From Bacteroidales bacterium (GTDB lineage Bacteria > Bacteroidota > Bacteroidia > Bacteroidales > DTGW01): DNA of 64,000 bases. Position 1 is the first letter of the stretch. Each line of letters starts with the position of its first letter. The stretch lies in the NCBI GenBank assembly GCA_049968755.1, contig JBMFQE010000010.1:28872-92871 (forward strand). The letters run 5' to 3'. Of this stretch, positions 39,728 to 49,733 are shown piece by piece. Both the position numbers and the translations under genes were made by a program. The notes below the pieces were generated by a model, which was not told the origin of the DNA, ran no database searches, and saw nothing but the letters and a program-made list of their open reading frames with translations.

Positions 39728-40879
39728 ATGAGCATCTATAATAAAAAATTCTGGTGGAAATTAGCACTAATTATGTTTGCCATTCTCATTGGCATGGGTT
39801 CACTATATTATACCAATAATCTTGTAAAACAACTTTCTCAGGAAGAATCTCAAAAGATTGAACTCTGGGCAGAAGCCACACGGCTTCTTGGTTCCTCAGA
39901 GTCCGACAACCAGGATTTTGGATTTCTGCTGGAAGTAGTCCAGAACAACAGAACTGTTCCTGTGATCCTTACAGACTCAGGAAACCAAATCATTTCGTAC
40001 CGCAACCTTGATTCGATTAAAGCCCTTGACTCAAGCTACCTAAAGCAACAATTGCAACAGATGATAGAGCATGGGAAACGAATTACGATACATGTCGGTC
40101 CTTACAATAAAAATTACGTCTACTATAAAGAATCATTCATACTCACTCAACTGCGTATATATCCTTACATACAGCTGGGAATCATCGTATTGTTTATCCT
40201 AGTTGCTTATCTGGCCTTTAGCTCATCGAGGAAAGCCGAACAGAATCAGGTATGGATAGGCCTAACTAAAGAAACAGCTCACCAGCTGGGTACACCTACA
40301 TCGTCTCTCATGGCATTGACCGAAATCCTAAAAGAAAAAAAAATTGAGCCATCGTTGATCGACGAGCTGGAAAATGATGTACAACGGTTAACTACGATTA
40401 CAGAACGCTTTTCGAAAGTTGGCTCACGCCCAAGCCTTAGCCAAGAAAACATCAGCCAGCTCATCGAAGAAGTAGTACAGTACCTCAGGCATAGAATTCC
40501 ATCAACCATTCAAATGAAGCTTAACCTTGAAACCGACATTTCAGCGCCAGTCAATAAAACCCTGTTTGCCTGGGTTATAGAGAATGTCTGCAAAAATGCA
40601 ATAGATGCCCTGGAGTCAGAAGGGATAATCACTATCGAGGCCATAAAACACAAAAACAAGATACATATTGATATTTCGGATACCGGCAAAGGTATTCCCA
40701 AATCGAAATTCAAGACCATTTTTAAGCCAGGCTACACAACCAAAGTCAGAGGATGGGGACTTGGTCTTTCGCTGGCGAAACGAATCGTAGAAAATTACCA
40801 CAAGGGAAAAATTTTTGTGCTAAATTCAGAAATAGATAAAGGGACCACCTTCCGAATTATACTCAGAGCAGAAAGCTAA
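39728..40879 (+). CDS. Sensor histidine kinase
   Basis: Two TMs, KETAHQLGTP H-box, ENVCKNAIDA, DTGKGI, GWGLGLSL. Confidence 0.94.
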   Translation: MSIYNKKFWWKLALIMFAILIGMGSLYYTNNLVKQLSQEESQKIELWAEATRLLGSSESDNQDFGFLLEVVQNNRTVPVILTDSGNQIISYRNLDSIKALDSSYLKQQLQQMIEHGKRITIHVGPYNKNYVYYKESFILTQLRIYPYIQLGIIVLFILVAYLAFSSSRKAEQNQVWIGLTKETAHQLGTPTSSLMALTEILKEKKIEPSLIDELENDVQRLTTITERFSKVGSRPSLSQENISQLIEEVVQYLRHRIPSTIQMKLNLETDISAPVNKTLFAWVIENVCKNAIDALESEGIITIEAIKHKNKIHIDISDTGKGIPKSKFKTIFKPGYTTKVRGWGLGLSLAKRIVENYHKGKIFVLNSEIDKGTTFRIILRAES

Positions 40880-40988
40880 AATAGGCATTATCGAGAAGTT
40901 TCATGTTACGCTCTTATGCATGAGCACATAATTCAATAATTATATTCGTTACTTGTTATAATTTTGCCTGAAAAATATTAAAGAAAAA

Positions 40989-42239
40989 ATGAAATTATCG
41001 CGCGAAGAAATAGAGCTACTTGCGCCGGTTGGTTCATACGAATCGCTTCAGGCAGCCATTCAAGGCCATGCAGATGCAGTATACCTGGGTGTGGGACGAC
41101 TGAATATGCGAGCGCTTTCCAGCACAAACTTCAGCGAAGCCAACCTGATGAAAATTAGCGAAATATGCCATAAGCATGGAACAAAATGCTACATCACTCT
41201 TAATTCGGTTATGTACGACGAAGACCTGGAACAAGTAGAAATGTTGCTATCGAGCTGTAAGCATGCTGATGTCGACGCTATCATTGCCAGTGATATGGCA
41301 GTAATTCAAAAAGCCAAAGACTTTGGACTCAATATTCATCTCAGTACCCAGGTAAATATTAGCAATACCGAGGCTTTAAAATTTTTTTCGCAATACGCCG
41401 ATGCAGTCGTGCTGGCTCGCGAATTAAATCTCGAACAGGTCAAACACATCTACCAAAACATCATTCAACAAAAGATAACTGGTCCTCAGGGAAAACTCTT
41501 GAGGCTCGAGATGTTCGTTCACGGTGCCCTATGCATGGCCATTAGCGGCAAATGTTATCTCAGCCTGCACCATTATAATCACTCAGCTAACCGCGGGGAA
41601 TGTTTCCAGGTATGCCGGCGTTCGTATATCGTAACCGACAAGGAAACCCAGGCACAACTCGAAATTGACAATGAATACATAATGTCGCCCAAGGACTTGT
41701 GTACAATTGAATTTCTTGACCAGATTCTCGATGCCGGAGCACGGATGCTCAAAATCGAAGGTAGGGCCAGGGGACCTGAGTATGTTAAAACTGTAACCCT
41801 GGCTTACCATAAAGCCATTGAGGCCATTCTATCGGGAAAATTCAACGACAGTCTTAAAAAAGAACTGCTAAACGAACTATCAAAAGTTTACAATCGAGGG
41901 TTTTGGGATGGATATTACCTGGGCCGTAAACTTGGAGAATGGACCAACAGCTATGGCTCACAGGCGACTAAAAAGAAGATCTATATCGGGAAAGTTTTGA
42001 ACTATTTCAATAAAGCAAAAGTTGCCGAAATAGAAATTGAAACGGGCAGCATAGAAAAAGGCGACACCCTGCTCATCATAGGACCCACAACCGGAGTTGA
42101 AGAAATTACGGTTACGGAACTTAGAATCGACGACCATATCTATGCAAAAGCACTAAAAGGACAACATTGCACCATTCGCGTCGACACCCAACTGAGGCGT
42201 TCGGACAAGGTGTACAAATGGGCAGATGCATTTAATTAA
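40989..42239 (+). CDS. Peptidase U32 family Fe-S protein (TrhP-like tRNA hydroxylase candidate)
   Basis: ELLAPVG, HGALCMAISGKC, NRGECFQVCR, KIEGR. Confidence 0.88.
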   Translation: MKLSREEIELLAPVGSYESLQAAIQGHADAVYLGVGRLNMRALSSTNFSEANLMKISEICHKHGTKCYITLNSVMYDEDLEQVEMLLSSCKHADVDAIIASDMAVIQKAKDFGLNIHLSTQVNISNTEALKFFSQYADAVVLARELNLEQVKHIYQNIIQQKITGPQGKLLRLEMFVHGALCMAISGKCYLSLHHYNHSANRGECFQVCRRSYIVTDKETQAQLEIDNEYIMSPKDLCTIEFLDQILDAGARMLKIEGRARGPEYVKTVTLAYHKAIEAILSGKFNDSLKKELLNELSKVYNRGFWDGYYLGRKLGEWTNSYGSQATKKKIYIGKVLNYFNKAKVAEIEIETGSIEKGDTLLIIGPTTGVEEITVTELRIDDHIYAKALKGQHCTIRVDTQLRRSDKVYKWADAFN

Positions 42240-42367
42240 ATTTGAACAGACAATTAGGTATTTGCAAACGCAGCCTGCAATATGTTTATACAAAAAAAAT
42301 TTGTCAGAAATAATTTGTTTTAGAAAAAAGTTTCTATAAATTTCGCAGGTTTTATTGATAATCAACT

Positions 42368-42751
42368 ATGAGCAAGCTCATATTTTTTGTCGACGACGAT
42401 AAAATGATTCTTCATCTTCTGGAATATACTTTTTCGGGTCGCGACGAATATACAGTGCAATCGTTTCGGCGGGGTGAAGATTGCCTGAACGCACTTGACA
42501 AGAAGCCTGATTTAATTATTCTCGACCACAGCTATGTGGGCAATAACAGTAATTATTCTACTGGATTTGAAATTCTTCGCGAAATTCGTAAGCAAGATAC
42601 TTCCGTCGAAATATTTGTTCTAACCGCTAATGACAACGATAGCCTGAAAAATGAATACGCTACCTTAGGCGTAAAAAAATTTATTACAAAAAACGAATTT
42701 TTTATTGATAATCTTATAGAAGCTATCGGGAATAACCTTGCCAAAAATTAA
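42368..42751 (+). CDS. Single-domain response regulator (receiver)
   Basis: FVDDD, PDLIILD, VLTA, FITK. Confidence 0.88.
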   Translation: MSKLIFFVDDDKMILHLLEYTFSGRDEYTVQSFRRGEDCLNALDKKPDLIILDHSYVGNNSNYSTGFEILREIRKQDTSVEIFVLTANDNDSLKNEYATLGVKKFITKNEFFIDNLIEAIGNNLAKN

Positions 42752-42763
42752 GTGGATAAATTG

Positions 42764-42834
42764 TTGACCTACCAGGACTCGAACCTAGACTAACAGAACC
42801 AAAATCTGCTGTGCTACCATTACACCATAGGTCA
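42764..42834 (-). tRNA. tRNA-Gln(TTG)
   Basis: TGACCTA/TAGGTCA acceptor stem, TGGTGTAATGGTAGCAC D arm, GCAGA-TTTTGGT-TCTGT anticodon arm, GGTTCGAGTCC; CCA not encoded; TAAATTTG -7 element at 42851-42858. Confidence 0.96.
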
Positions 42835-42876
42835 ATCCTTTTTAGCGTCGCAAATTTAATAAAAATTTTTATTTTA

Positions 42877-43590
42877 TCAATTTCCCAACAAACTTCTTGA
42901 GGACCGAGTAGTCACAAAATTTTTCAGGTAATAAGGCTCAAAATAAGCTACATCCACAAACCTTTGGTTTTCATATGCAACATAAGCGGGCTCAATCATA
43001 AAACGAGCCAGGGGTCGAATATTTTTGAGAAAAATGGCATTGGGTGACTTACACATAAATTCAACCTTATCGGCGCCACTGCCAAAAAATATCATTTTTC
43101 GATCCTTCAATAATTCATTAAAGGTTTCGCTGGCAATAATTTTAGCCTCGATTTCAGAAAAAGGTCTGACCGATGAATCGAACAGCTGCATATACACCTC
43201 CATTCGACGAGCATCAATCATGGGGCATAAAAGACAAGTGTCCGATAACTGTTTCTTTACAGAAACATCGGCTAAAGCCGCATAGCAAAGAACTTCCAGC
43301 GTATTTACCGCAATCAGTGGCTTACCTATTGCATAGCACAAGCCTTTAGCTACCGAAGTGCCAATACGTAGGCCAGTATACGATCCAGGTCCCTGGCTTA
43401 TAGCAACGGCGTCAATTAAACTAACACTAAAATCATTCTTTGACAAAATACTGTTAATTAATACTGTAAGCATTTGAGAATGATTCCGCAACTCGTTGTC
43501 AATTTGTTGTTCGATCAAATTTTTTCCGTTAAACAAAGCAACGCTGCAATACTCTTCGGAAGTCTCAATGGCTAAAATTCTGGATTTCAT
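42877..43590 (-). CDS. tsaB: tRNA threonylcarbamoyladenosine biosynthesis protein
   Basis: ILAIETS, GPGSYTGLRIG, PMIDARRMEVY, EPYYLK. Confidence 0.95.
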   Translation of the reverse strand: MKSRILAIETSEEYCSVALFNGKNLIEQQIDNELRNHSQMLTVLINSILSKNDFSVSLIDAVAISQGPGSYTGLRIGTSVAKGLCYAIGKPLIAVNTLEVLCYAALADVSVKKQLSDTCLLCPMIDARRMEVYMQLFDSSVRPFSEIEAKIIASETFNELLKDRKMIFFGSGADKVEFMCKSPNAIFLKNIRPLARFMIEPAYVAYENQRFVDVAYFEPYYLKNFVTTRSSRSLLGN

Positions 43591-44894
43591 TGTTTTATTA
43601 TTTTTTTCTGGTCGACAACTTTTACCAGCATACTATCCTTCAATTGCCTGGATATCATATTATATGGCCCAACGATCACTTTTTCACCGGTCTCAACGCC
43701 CATTTTAATTTCAACATAATTTTCATCCTGTATCCCGGTAGTAACCATGCGCATTCGTGCCCGTCCCCGATCATAAACAAATACTACATCCTTCAGACGA
43801 TCGGAGTTAGCGGAACTATTAACAGTATCACTATTAGAGGAACGCACTGTAAGCGCTGCAAGCGGTACAGATATAGCATTGTAAGAAACCTGTGTATGTA
43901 TTTCAACATTTGCCGTCATCCCCGGACGAAGTGGGTATGGATTATTGGGCATTATCAACGAAGCATAAGATTCAGGTAATAATTCAATCTTGACCTCAAA
44001 TGTTGTAACCTGATCGGCCAACTGCCCCGATACATTTGCAGAATGCGATATATCAGTTACTATTCCCCTAAATTTTTTACCCATATAGGCATCGACCTCC
44101 ACCAATGCAGTATCGCCCGGTTTTACGCGTACTATATCATTTTCATTCACCGAAACCACGACCTGCATTTTAGTTAGATCAGCAATTTGAAGCAATTCGG
44201 TACCTGCCATCATTTCAGTACCAACCACGCGCTCGCCCCTTTTAACATTCAACCGGGTCACTATGCCGGCTAAAGGCGCATATACAGTTGTTTTCATTAA
44301 ATTTTCCTGTGCTTCGGCCAGAGAAGCCTCTGCGCTCTTCACGCCATACTCTGCTGCACGCACATTTTCGGCTGCCACCTTTAAATCCACCTCGGCAAGT
44401 TTATATTCCGATTCGGCAGCCTCCCACTCCGATTGTGAAATTAGTTTATTCTCCCAGAGTTTTTTATTTCTTTCGTAGTTTTGTCTAACACGGTCGAGCT
44501 GGAGCATTGCCTGCTGATACCGAGCCTGCGCATTGTCAAGATTTACCCGGGCATTATCGAGCGCCGCCTTTGCCCTATCTCGCACAGAGATATAGGTATT
44601 TGGCTTTATCTTTAACAACAACTGACCGGCTTCAACACGCTGACCCTCTTTTACCAATAACTCAATAATTTCGCCCGATACATCAGCACTTACCTTTACA
44701 TTCACCACTGGCTCGATACGCCCACTGGCTGTTATTGTTTCATAAATTGTGCGCCGGGCAACAGTTTCTGCGTATACCTCAACCGGTTTTTCCGTAACTA
44801 TCCATCCCAATTTTTTCCCAATAATGACAAATGCCACCAATACAACAACAGCAATTAAAGTCAATTTTAACACTTTATTTTCTGGTAGATTCAT
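43587..44894 (-). CDS. Efflux RND/MacA-type periplasmic adaptor subunit
   Basis: ASGRIEP...VSGEI lipoyl half, coiled coil, APLAGIV, LRPGMTA. Confidence 0.9.
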   Translation of the reverse strand: MNLPENKVLKLTLIAVVVLVAFVIIGKKLGWIVTEKPVEVYAETVARRTIYETITASGRIEPVVNVKVSADVSGEIIELLVKEGQRVEAGQLLLKIKPNTYISVRDRAKAALDNARVNLDNAQARYQQAMLQLDRVRQNYERNKKLWENKLISQSEWEAAESEYKLAEVDLKVAAENVRAAEYGVKSAEASLAEAQENLMKTTVYAPLAGIVTRLNVKRGERVVGTEMMAGTELLQIADLTKMQVVVSVNENDIVRVKPGDTALVEVDAYMGKKFRGIVTDISHSANVSGQLADQVTTFEVKIELLPESYASLIMPNNPYPLRPGMTANVEIHTQVSYNAISVPLAALTVRSSNSDTVNSSANSDRLKDVVFVYDRGRARMRMVTTGIQDENYVEIKMGVETGEKVIVGPYNMISRQLKDSMLVKVVDQKKIIKQ

Positions 44895-45031
44895 AATCCA
44901 TTAGCATTTAGGAAATACCTTTAAGCGGGATAAAGGTAAGTAAAAAAATTCACCAAAATTTGCCGAATACACAACAATTTTAACGAGACATCCTTTAAGC
45001 ACGCAAAACGAGTACAGGCAGAATGCATCTT

Positions 45032-46837
45032 TTAAAATTCAAAAAATGAATCAAGCGTTTGAAGTAAGGAATTAGCTTTTTCTTGACCGATAAGTTCAGA
45101 AATTTCAGTTAAAGAAGCATTTCGTATCGTATATATGCTACCAAATTTTTTTAAAAGCTTTGATTTAGTTTGTTCGCCAATACCTGGGATTGTGTCGAGC
45201 AATGATCGCAAGGATTTTTTATCACGGGTACGTCGATGAAATGACAGGCCGAATCGATGCGCCTCATCGCGCAAGTGCTGGATAAGGCGAAGCGAAGAAG
45301 AACGCTTATCGAGGTAGAGAGGTAACGGATCACCTGGTCGATAAATTTCCTCCAATTTCTTTGCAATTCCGATTACAGCAACATCCTGATATATATTGAG
45401 TGCCCTAAGCGCCTCACACGCAGCATTGAGCTGTCCTTTTCCACCATCGATTACGATTAATTGGGGAAGATCCGAGCCCTCGGCTATCAATCTGGCATAT
45501 CGACGGTAAACTATTTCACGCATGGTAGCATAATCATCGGGGCCGGTCACGGATTTGACATGAAAATGTCGATATTCAGATTTTGCAGGCTTTCCATTTT
45601 TGAAGACGACACAGGCCGAAACGGGAAAGTCGCCCTGGATATTTGAATTATCAAAACACTCAATATGAAGGGGCAATCTATCTAGCTTTAAATCATTTTT
45701 TAGCTTAAGTAATATAGTATTTTCATTTTCAGAAGTTTTTTTTATTTTATTAACCAAAAACTGCAAATAAGTAGCAGCATTTTTTTGGGAAAGCTGCAGC
45801 AGCTTATTTCGATCGCCAGAAGCAGGCTTAATATACTTTGCCTCCTGCAGTATAAATGAAGGAATAACAGGAACTATAATTTCCAGAGCGTTACTGGCAA
45901 ATTTGTTTCTTACCTGAACAATTACAGAGCCAAGCAATTCTTCAACATTCTCATCCTCCTGTACCTGAAAGTAGGCATTATAGGTATGCACAAGAGCGCC
46001 CTCAACAACATGAAGGTAATTGACCACCATCATCTGTTCATGCTGTGCGTAGGAGAAAACATCGCACTCTGTAATTCGAGGGTTTACCACCAGAGATTCG
46101 TTATGATATTTTTCAAGCAGTTTAATTTTTTCCTTTATTTCATGTGCATATTCAAATCGATATTCCACAGCGGCATTTTTCATTTGCTTTTGCAAAATTT
46201 GCTTTACCGAGGAAATTTTTCCACGCAATATTTCCTTAATTTGTGCAACATTTTGATTGTATTCTTCCTCGGTTTGGTATCCCACGCAGGGGCCCTTGCA
46301 AGTCCCAATATGATAATCGAGACAAACCCTAAAATTGCCCGCAGCTATTTTCTCGGAAGTAAGTTCAAGATTGCAGGTTCGCAGGGGATAGAGTTGTTTT
46401 AATAGCTTTAATAAATTACGTACCATGTACGCAGAAGTAAAAGGGCCGAAATAGGCAGAACCATCTTGTACGACTCGTCGCGTCAACATGATTCGGGGAA
46501 ATCTTTCGTTGCGTACCACAATCCAGGGATAGGTTTTATCGTCTTTTAGCAGGATATTATATCGCGGCTTATATTCTTTGATAAGGGTATTCTCAAGCAA
46601 CAGGGCCTCCGACTCATTGTTCACAACAATATAATTGAGAAAAGCTGCACGAGCGACGAGTAACCGTGTTTTAGCGCCAGCAATTGAAGCTGTAAAATAG
46701 GAAGAAATTCTATTTTTTAGCTGCTTTGCTTTTCCAACATATAAAACTGTTCCGGCGGCATCGTAAAAAATATACACCCCGGGTGATGTGGGCAACAGGG
46801 TCAAAAATTCGTGATTTTCCCTTTCAATAGGTATCAT
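45032..46837 (-). CDS. uvrC: Excinuclease ABC subunit C
   Basis: PGVY...YVGKAK GIY-YIG, ECFDNSN, IDGGKGQL, RDEAHRF, HhH. Confidence 0.97.
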   Translation of the reverse strand: MIPIERENHEFLTLLPTSPGVYIFYDAAGTVLYVGKAKQLKNRISSYFTASIAGAKTRLLVARAAFLNYIVVNNESEALLLENTLIKEYKPRYNILLKDDKTYPWIVVRNERFPRIMLTRRVVQDGSAYFGPFTSAYMVRNLLKLLKQLYPLRTCNLELTSEKIAAGNFRVCLDYHIGTCKGPCVGYQTEEEYNQNVAQIKEILRGKISSVKQILQKQMKNAAVEYRFEYAHEIKEKIKLLEKYHNESLVVNPRITECDVFSYAQHEQMMVVNYLHVVEGALVHTYNAYFQVQEDENVEELLGSVIVQVRNKFASNALEIIVPVIPSFILQEAKYIKPASGDRNKLLQLSQKNAATYLQFLVNKIKKTSENENTILLKLKNDLKLDRLPLHIECFDNSNIQGDFPVSACVVFKNGKPAKSEYRHFHVKSVTGPDDYATMREIVYRRYARLIAEGSDLPQLIVIDGGKGQLNAACEALRALNIYQDVAVIGIAKKLEEIYRPGDPLPLYLDKRSSSLRLIQHLRDEAHRFGLSFHRRTRDKKSLRSLLDTIPGIGEQTKSKLLKKFGSIYTIRNASLTEISELIGQEKANSLLQTLDSFFEF

Positions 46838-46881
46838 AACTGTGACTCTATTAAGGTCTTACCTATTTATTGTTGAATTAT

Positions 46882-46897
46882 TGTTCCACGTGGAACA
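46882..46897. other. parS centromere-like site 1
   Basis: Perfect 16-bp palindrome TGTTCCACGTGGAACA matching the bacterial parS consensus TGTTNCACGTGNAACA. Confidence 0.88.
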
Positions 46898-46920
46898 GTA
46901 TAAACAATAAAGTTATCAAT

Positions 46921-46936
46921 TGTTCCACGTGGAACA
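46921..46936. other. parS centromere-like site 2
   Basis: Identical TGTTCCACGTGGAACA, abutting the mnmG stop codon. Confidence 0.88.
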
Positions 46937-48805
46937 TTATCGGCCCATATATATCAGCAATGCATTGATGTCGGCAGGGGAAACTCCTGGAATTCGGGAA
47001 GCCTGACCAACACTATGGGGACGAATTCGGCTCAATTTTTGCTTTGCTTCAGTAGAGATGTTAATTCGACTGAAATCAAAATCAGTCGGGATGACCAAGT
47101 CATCTAAACGCCGCAGCTTTTCGGCAATGGAACGCTCGCGATCGATATAGCCAGCATACTTTACAGCCAGCTCTGCAGAGAAAATTATTTCATCACTATA
47201 TCTTTCGAGCATGTCGGGACGTATACGCTGAAGTATGGATCGCAATCCAATCTCGGGGCGTAAACACAAGTCGTGCAGTCGAACAGCCTGCGTTATTGGC
47301 GTAGATCCGGCTTCTTTCAAAAAATCATTAACTTCAACAGGTTTTACCTGCGTACCTCTTAAAAATTCAACAAGCGACTGCACGGCATTTCGTTTATGCA
47401 AATACTTTTCATATCGTTCGCGCGAAGCGAGACCAAGGAAATAAGAACGCTCGGTCAATCGCTCGTCGGCATTATCCTGACGCAACAACAACCGAAACTC
47501 GGCACGCGAGGTAAACATTCGATAGGGTTCATCAACGCCCTTTGTCACCAAATCATCAATTAACACCCCGATGTACGCTTCATCACGCCGCAACACAAAG
47601 GGTTCAGCCTGGTTAATCTTTAAAAATGCATTTATACCAGCCATTATTCCCTGTGCAGCAGCTTCCTCATAGCCCGTGGTCCCATTGATTTGCCCCGCAA
47701 AAAATAAGTTTTTTATGTATTTCGTTTCCAACGTATGATACAACTGCGTTGGTGGGTAATAATCATACTCAATAGCATACCCTGGTCGAAATATTTTTAC
47801 GCGTTCTAGCCCCCTAATTTTGCGAATGGCCCTAAACTGCACATCATAAGGCAAAGACGAAGAAAAACCATTTAAATAATATTCGTAGGTCTGGGCACCC
47901 TCGGGTTCCAGGAACAGCTGATGCGAGTTCTTCTGAGAAAAAGTAACAATTTTATCCTCGATACTTGGACAATACCTGGGACCGACGCCCTGTATTCTAC
48001 CAGTAAAAAGAGGTGAATCCTCAAATCCGTCTCTTAAAATCTCATGTACTTCGGGATTTGTATAAGTTATGTAACAACTCATTTTGGGGGCCTGATATGC
48101 GTCATCGATCAAAAAACTAAATTTTCCACCACCATCATCCCCCGGCTGCTCCTCAAGTTCAGAAAAATCAATAGTACGACCATCCAGTCGAGCCGGGGTA
48201 CCCGTCTTCAACCGGCCAACCTGAAATCCATGGTCACGCAATTGTGCAGATATTCCCTGCGAAATGGGTTCTGATATCCTCCCTCCAGAAAAATTTGTGC
48301 GGCCAATATGAATTAATCCATTTTCAAATGTTCCATTCGTAAGCACTACAGCCTTTGCAGAAAAGGCGACACCAGTCTTTGTTACTACTCCCTTAACAGT
48401 GGAATCCTCGATGATCAAGTTAGACACAGTATCCTGCCAGAAGCTCAAATTTGTAATTGACTCTAAAACCCTTCTCCATTCCAAGGAAAACTTAATGCGG
48501 TCGCACTGTGCACGCGGTGACCACATGGCTGGACCTTTAGATCGATTTAACATTCGAAACTGTATCATTGAGCGGTCAGTAACAATTCCAGAAAAACCAC
48601 CCAATGCATCAATTTCTCGAATAATCTGACCCTTAGCTATACCCCCCATAGCAGGATTGCAAGACATCTGCGCTATCTTGGTCATATCCATGGTAATCAA
48701 TAAAACCCTTGCACCAAGGTTTGCAGCCGCAGCCGCTGCCTCACTCCCAGCATGCCCCGCACCAACTACAATAATATCATAGTCGTCAAAATAATTAACC
48801 CGCAT
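46937..48805 (-). CDS. mnmG: tRNA uridine-5-carboxymethylaminomethyl synthesis enzyme
   Basis: GAGHAG, MSCNPAMGG, RLKTGTP, GPRYCPSIEDK, GQINGTTGYEEAAAQG. Confidence 0.97.
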   Translation of the reverse strand: MRVNYFDDYDIIVVGAGHAGSEAAAAAANLGARVLLITMDMTKIAQMSCNPAMGGIAKGQIIREIDALGGFSGIVTDRSMIQFRMLNRSKGPAMWSPRAQCDRIKFSLEWRRVLESITNLSFWQDTVSNLIIEDSTVKGVVTKTGVAFSAKAVVLTNGTFENGLIHIGRTNFSGGRISEPISQGISAQLRDHGFQVGRLKTGTPARLDGRTIDFSELEEQPGDDGGGKFSFLIDDAYQAPKMSCYITYTNPEVHEILRDGFEDSPLFTGRIQGVGPRYCPSIEDKIVTFSQKNSHQLFLEPEGAQTYEYYLNGFSSSLPYDVQFRAIRKIRGLERVKIFRPGYAIEYDYYPPTQLYHTLETKYIKNLFFAGQINGTTGYEEAAAQGIMAGINAFLKINQAEPFVLRRDEAYIGVLIDDLVTKGVDEPYRMFTSRAEFRLLLRQDNADERLTERSYFLGLASRERYEKYLHKRNAVQSLVEFLRGTQVKPVEVNDFLKEAGSTPITQAVRLHDLCLRPEIGLRSILQRIRPDMLERYSDEIIFSAELAVKYAGYIDRERSIAEKLRRLDDLVIPTDFDFSRINISTEAKQKLSRIRPHSVGQASRIPGVSPADINALLIYMGR

Positions 48806-49226
48806 AGTTCGAAAATAATTTTAAATAGTAATCTTCCTTTTCCCGCATCATCTTCCGCTGTACAGGAGTTTTGTCCTTGTACCCACACAGATGCAAAACT
48901 CCATGCAAAATTACTCTCAACAATTCATTTTGAAATGACTGACTGTATAATCGAGCATTGGCCCGAACTACATCTACACCAATAAAAATATCACCCGACA
49001 ATACTGGGTAAGCAGAATAATCAAAAGTAATAACATCAGTGGGATAAAAATGTTTTAAATAGGTAATATTCAAATTATAGATGTAACGCGTACTACAGAA
49101 TATTACATTTATATTTCCTGGTGTAAATCCTTCAAGTAAAACCAATCTTTCTATACAATACCTTACACGTCGCAGCGATACATGTAACCGTGCACCAGGA
49201 TAGATGTGATGAAATTGTACAGCCAA
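48795..49226 (-). CDS. ybeY: rRNA maturation RNase
   Basis: PTDVITF, GDIFI, HGVLHLCGYKD. Confidence 0.93.
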   Translation of the reverse strand: MAVQFHHIYPGARLHVSLRRVRYCIERLVLLEGFTPGNINVIFCSTRYIYNLNITYLKHFYPTDVITFDYSAYPVLSGDIFIGVDVVRANARLYSQSFQNELLRVILHGVLHLCGYKDKTPVQRKMMREKEDYYLKLFSNYAG

Positions 49227-49228
49227 AG

Positions 49229-49624
49229 TTATTTTCTAAATGTCAATACTACTCGGGTTCCATTATCATAAAACTCCGTACTATCGGACAATTTACGCAT
49301 TAAAAATATACCCCTGCCGCTCACATTTTCTATATTCTCGGGCGCTGTTGGATCAGGCACATTATTATAATCAAAACCTGTACCACAATCCGTTATGGTG
49401 ACGGTCAACGTTTTTCCATCAAATTCTGCTTCGATGGTAACAGGCAGTTCTTCCTTCAGCTTATTACCATGAACTATCGCATTATTTGCTCCTTCTAAAA
49501 CTGCAATTAATAAGTTTCCATACATTTCCGAATTTAATTCACACGCGGCAGAGATTTCATCAACAAATTTTTCCACCTTGCGTAAATCCTCAATTTTCGA
49601 CTGAATTATAATCTTATTTTTCAT
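49229..49624 (-). CDS. RsbW-like anti-sigma factor / HATPase_c_2 protein
   Basis: EGANNAIVHGN, DCGTGFD, SGRGIFLM. Confidence 0.88.
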   Translation of the reverse strand: MKNKIIIQSKIEDLRKVEKFVDEISAACELNSEMYGNLLIAVLEGANNAIVHGNKLKEELPVTIEAEFDGKTLTVTITDCGTGFDYNNVPDPTAPENIENVSGRGIFLMRKLSDSTEFYDNGTRVVLTFRK

Positions 49625-49733
49625 TGTATTAAACTTATTTTTCCACCACAGATATATACTGAATTTTACACGAATAGGTTACCAAAAATAATACAATATT
49701 TATTTCATTTTTCAATAGTACTACAAAAATAAT

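Noticed and set aside
42764..42834. tRNA-Gln as an integration site
   Set aside because: No integrase and no duplicated tRNA 3' end seen in the window.
46882..46936. Mini CRISPR array
   Set aside because: Only two 16-bp perfect palindromes matching parS; no cas genes or further repeats.
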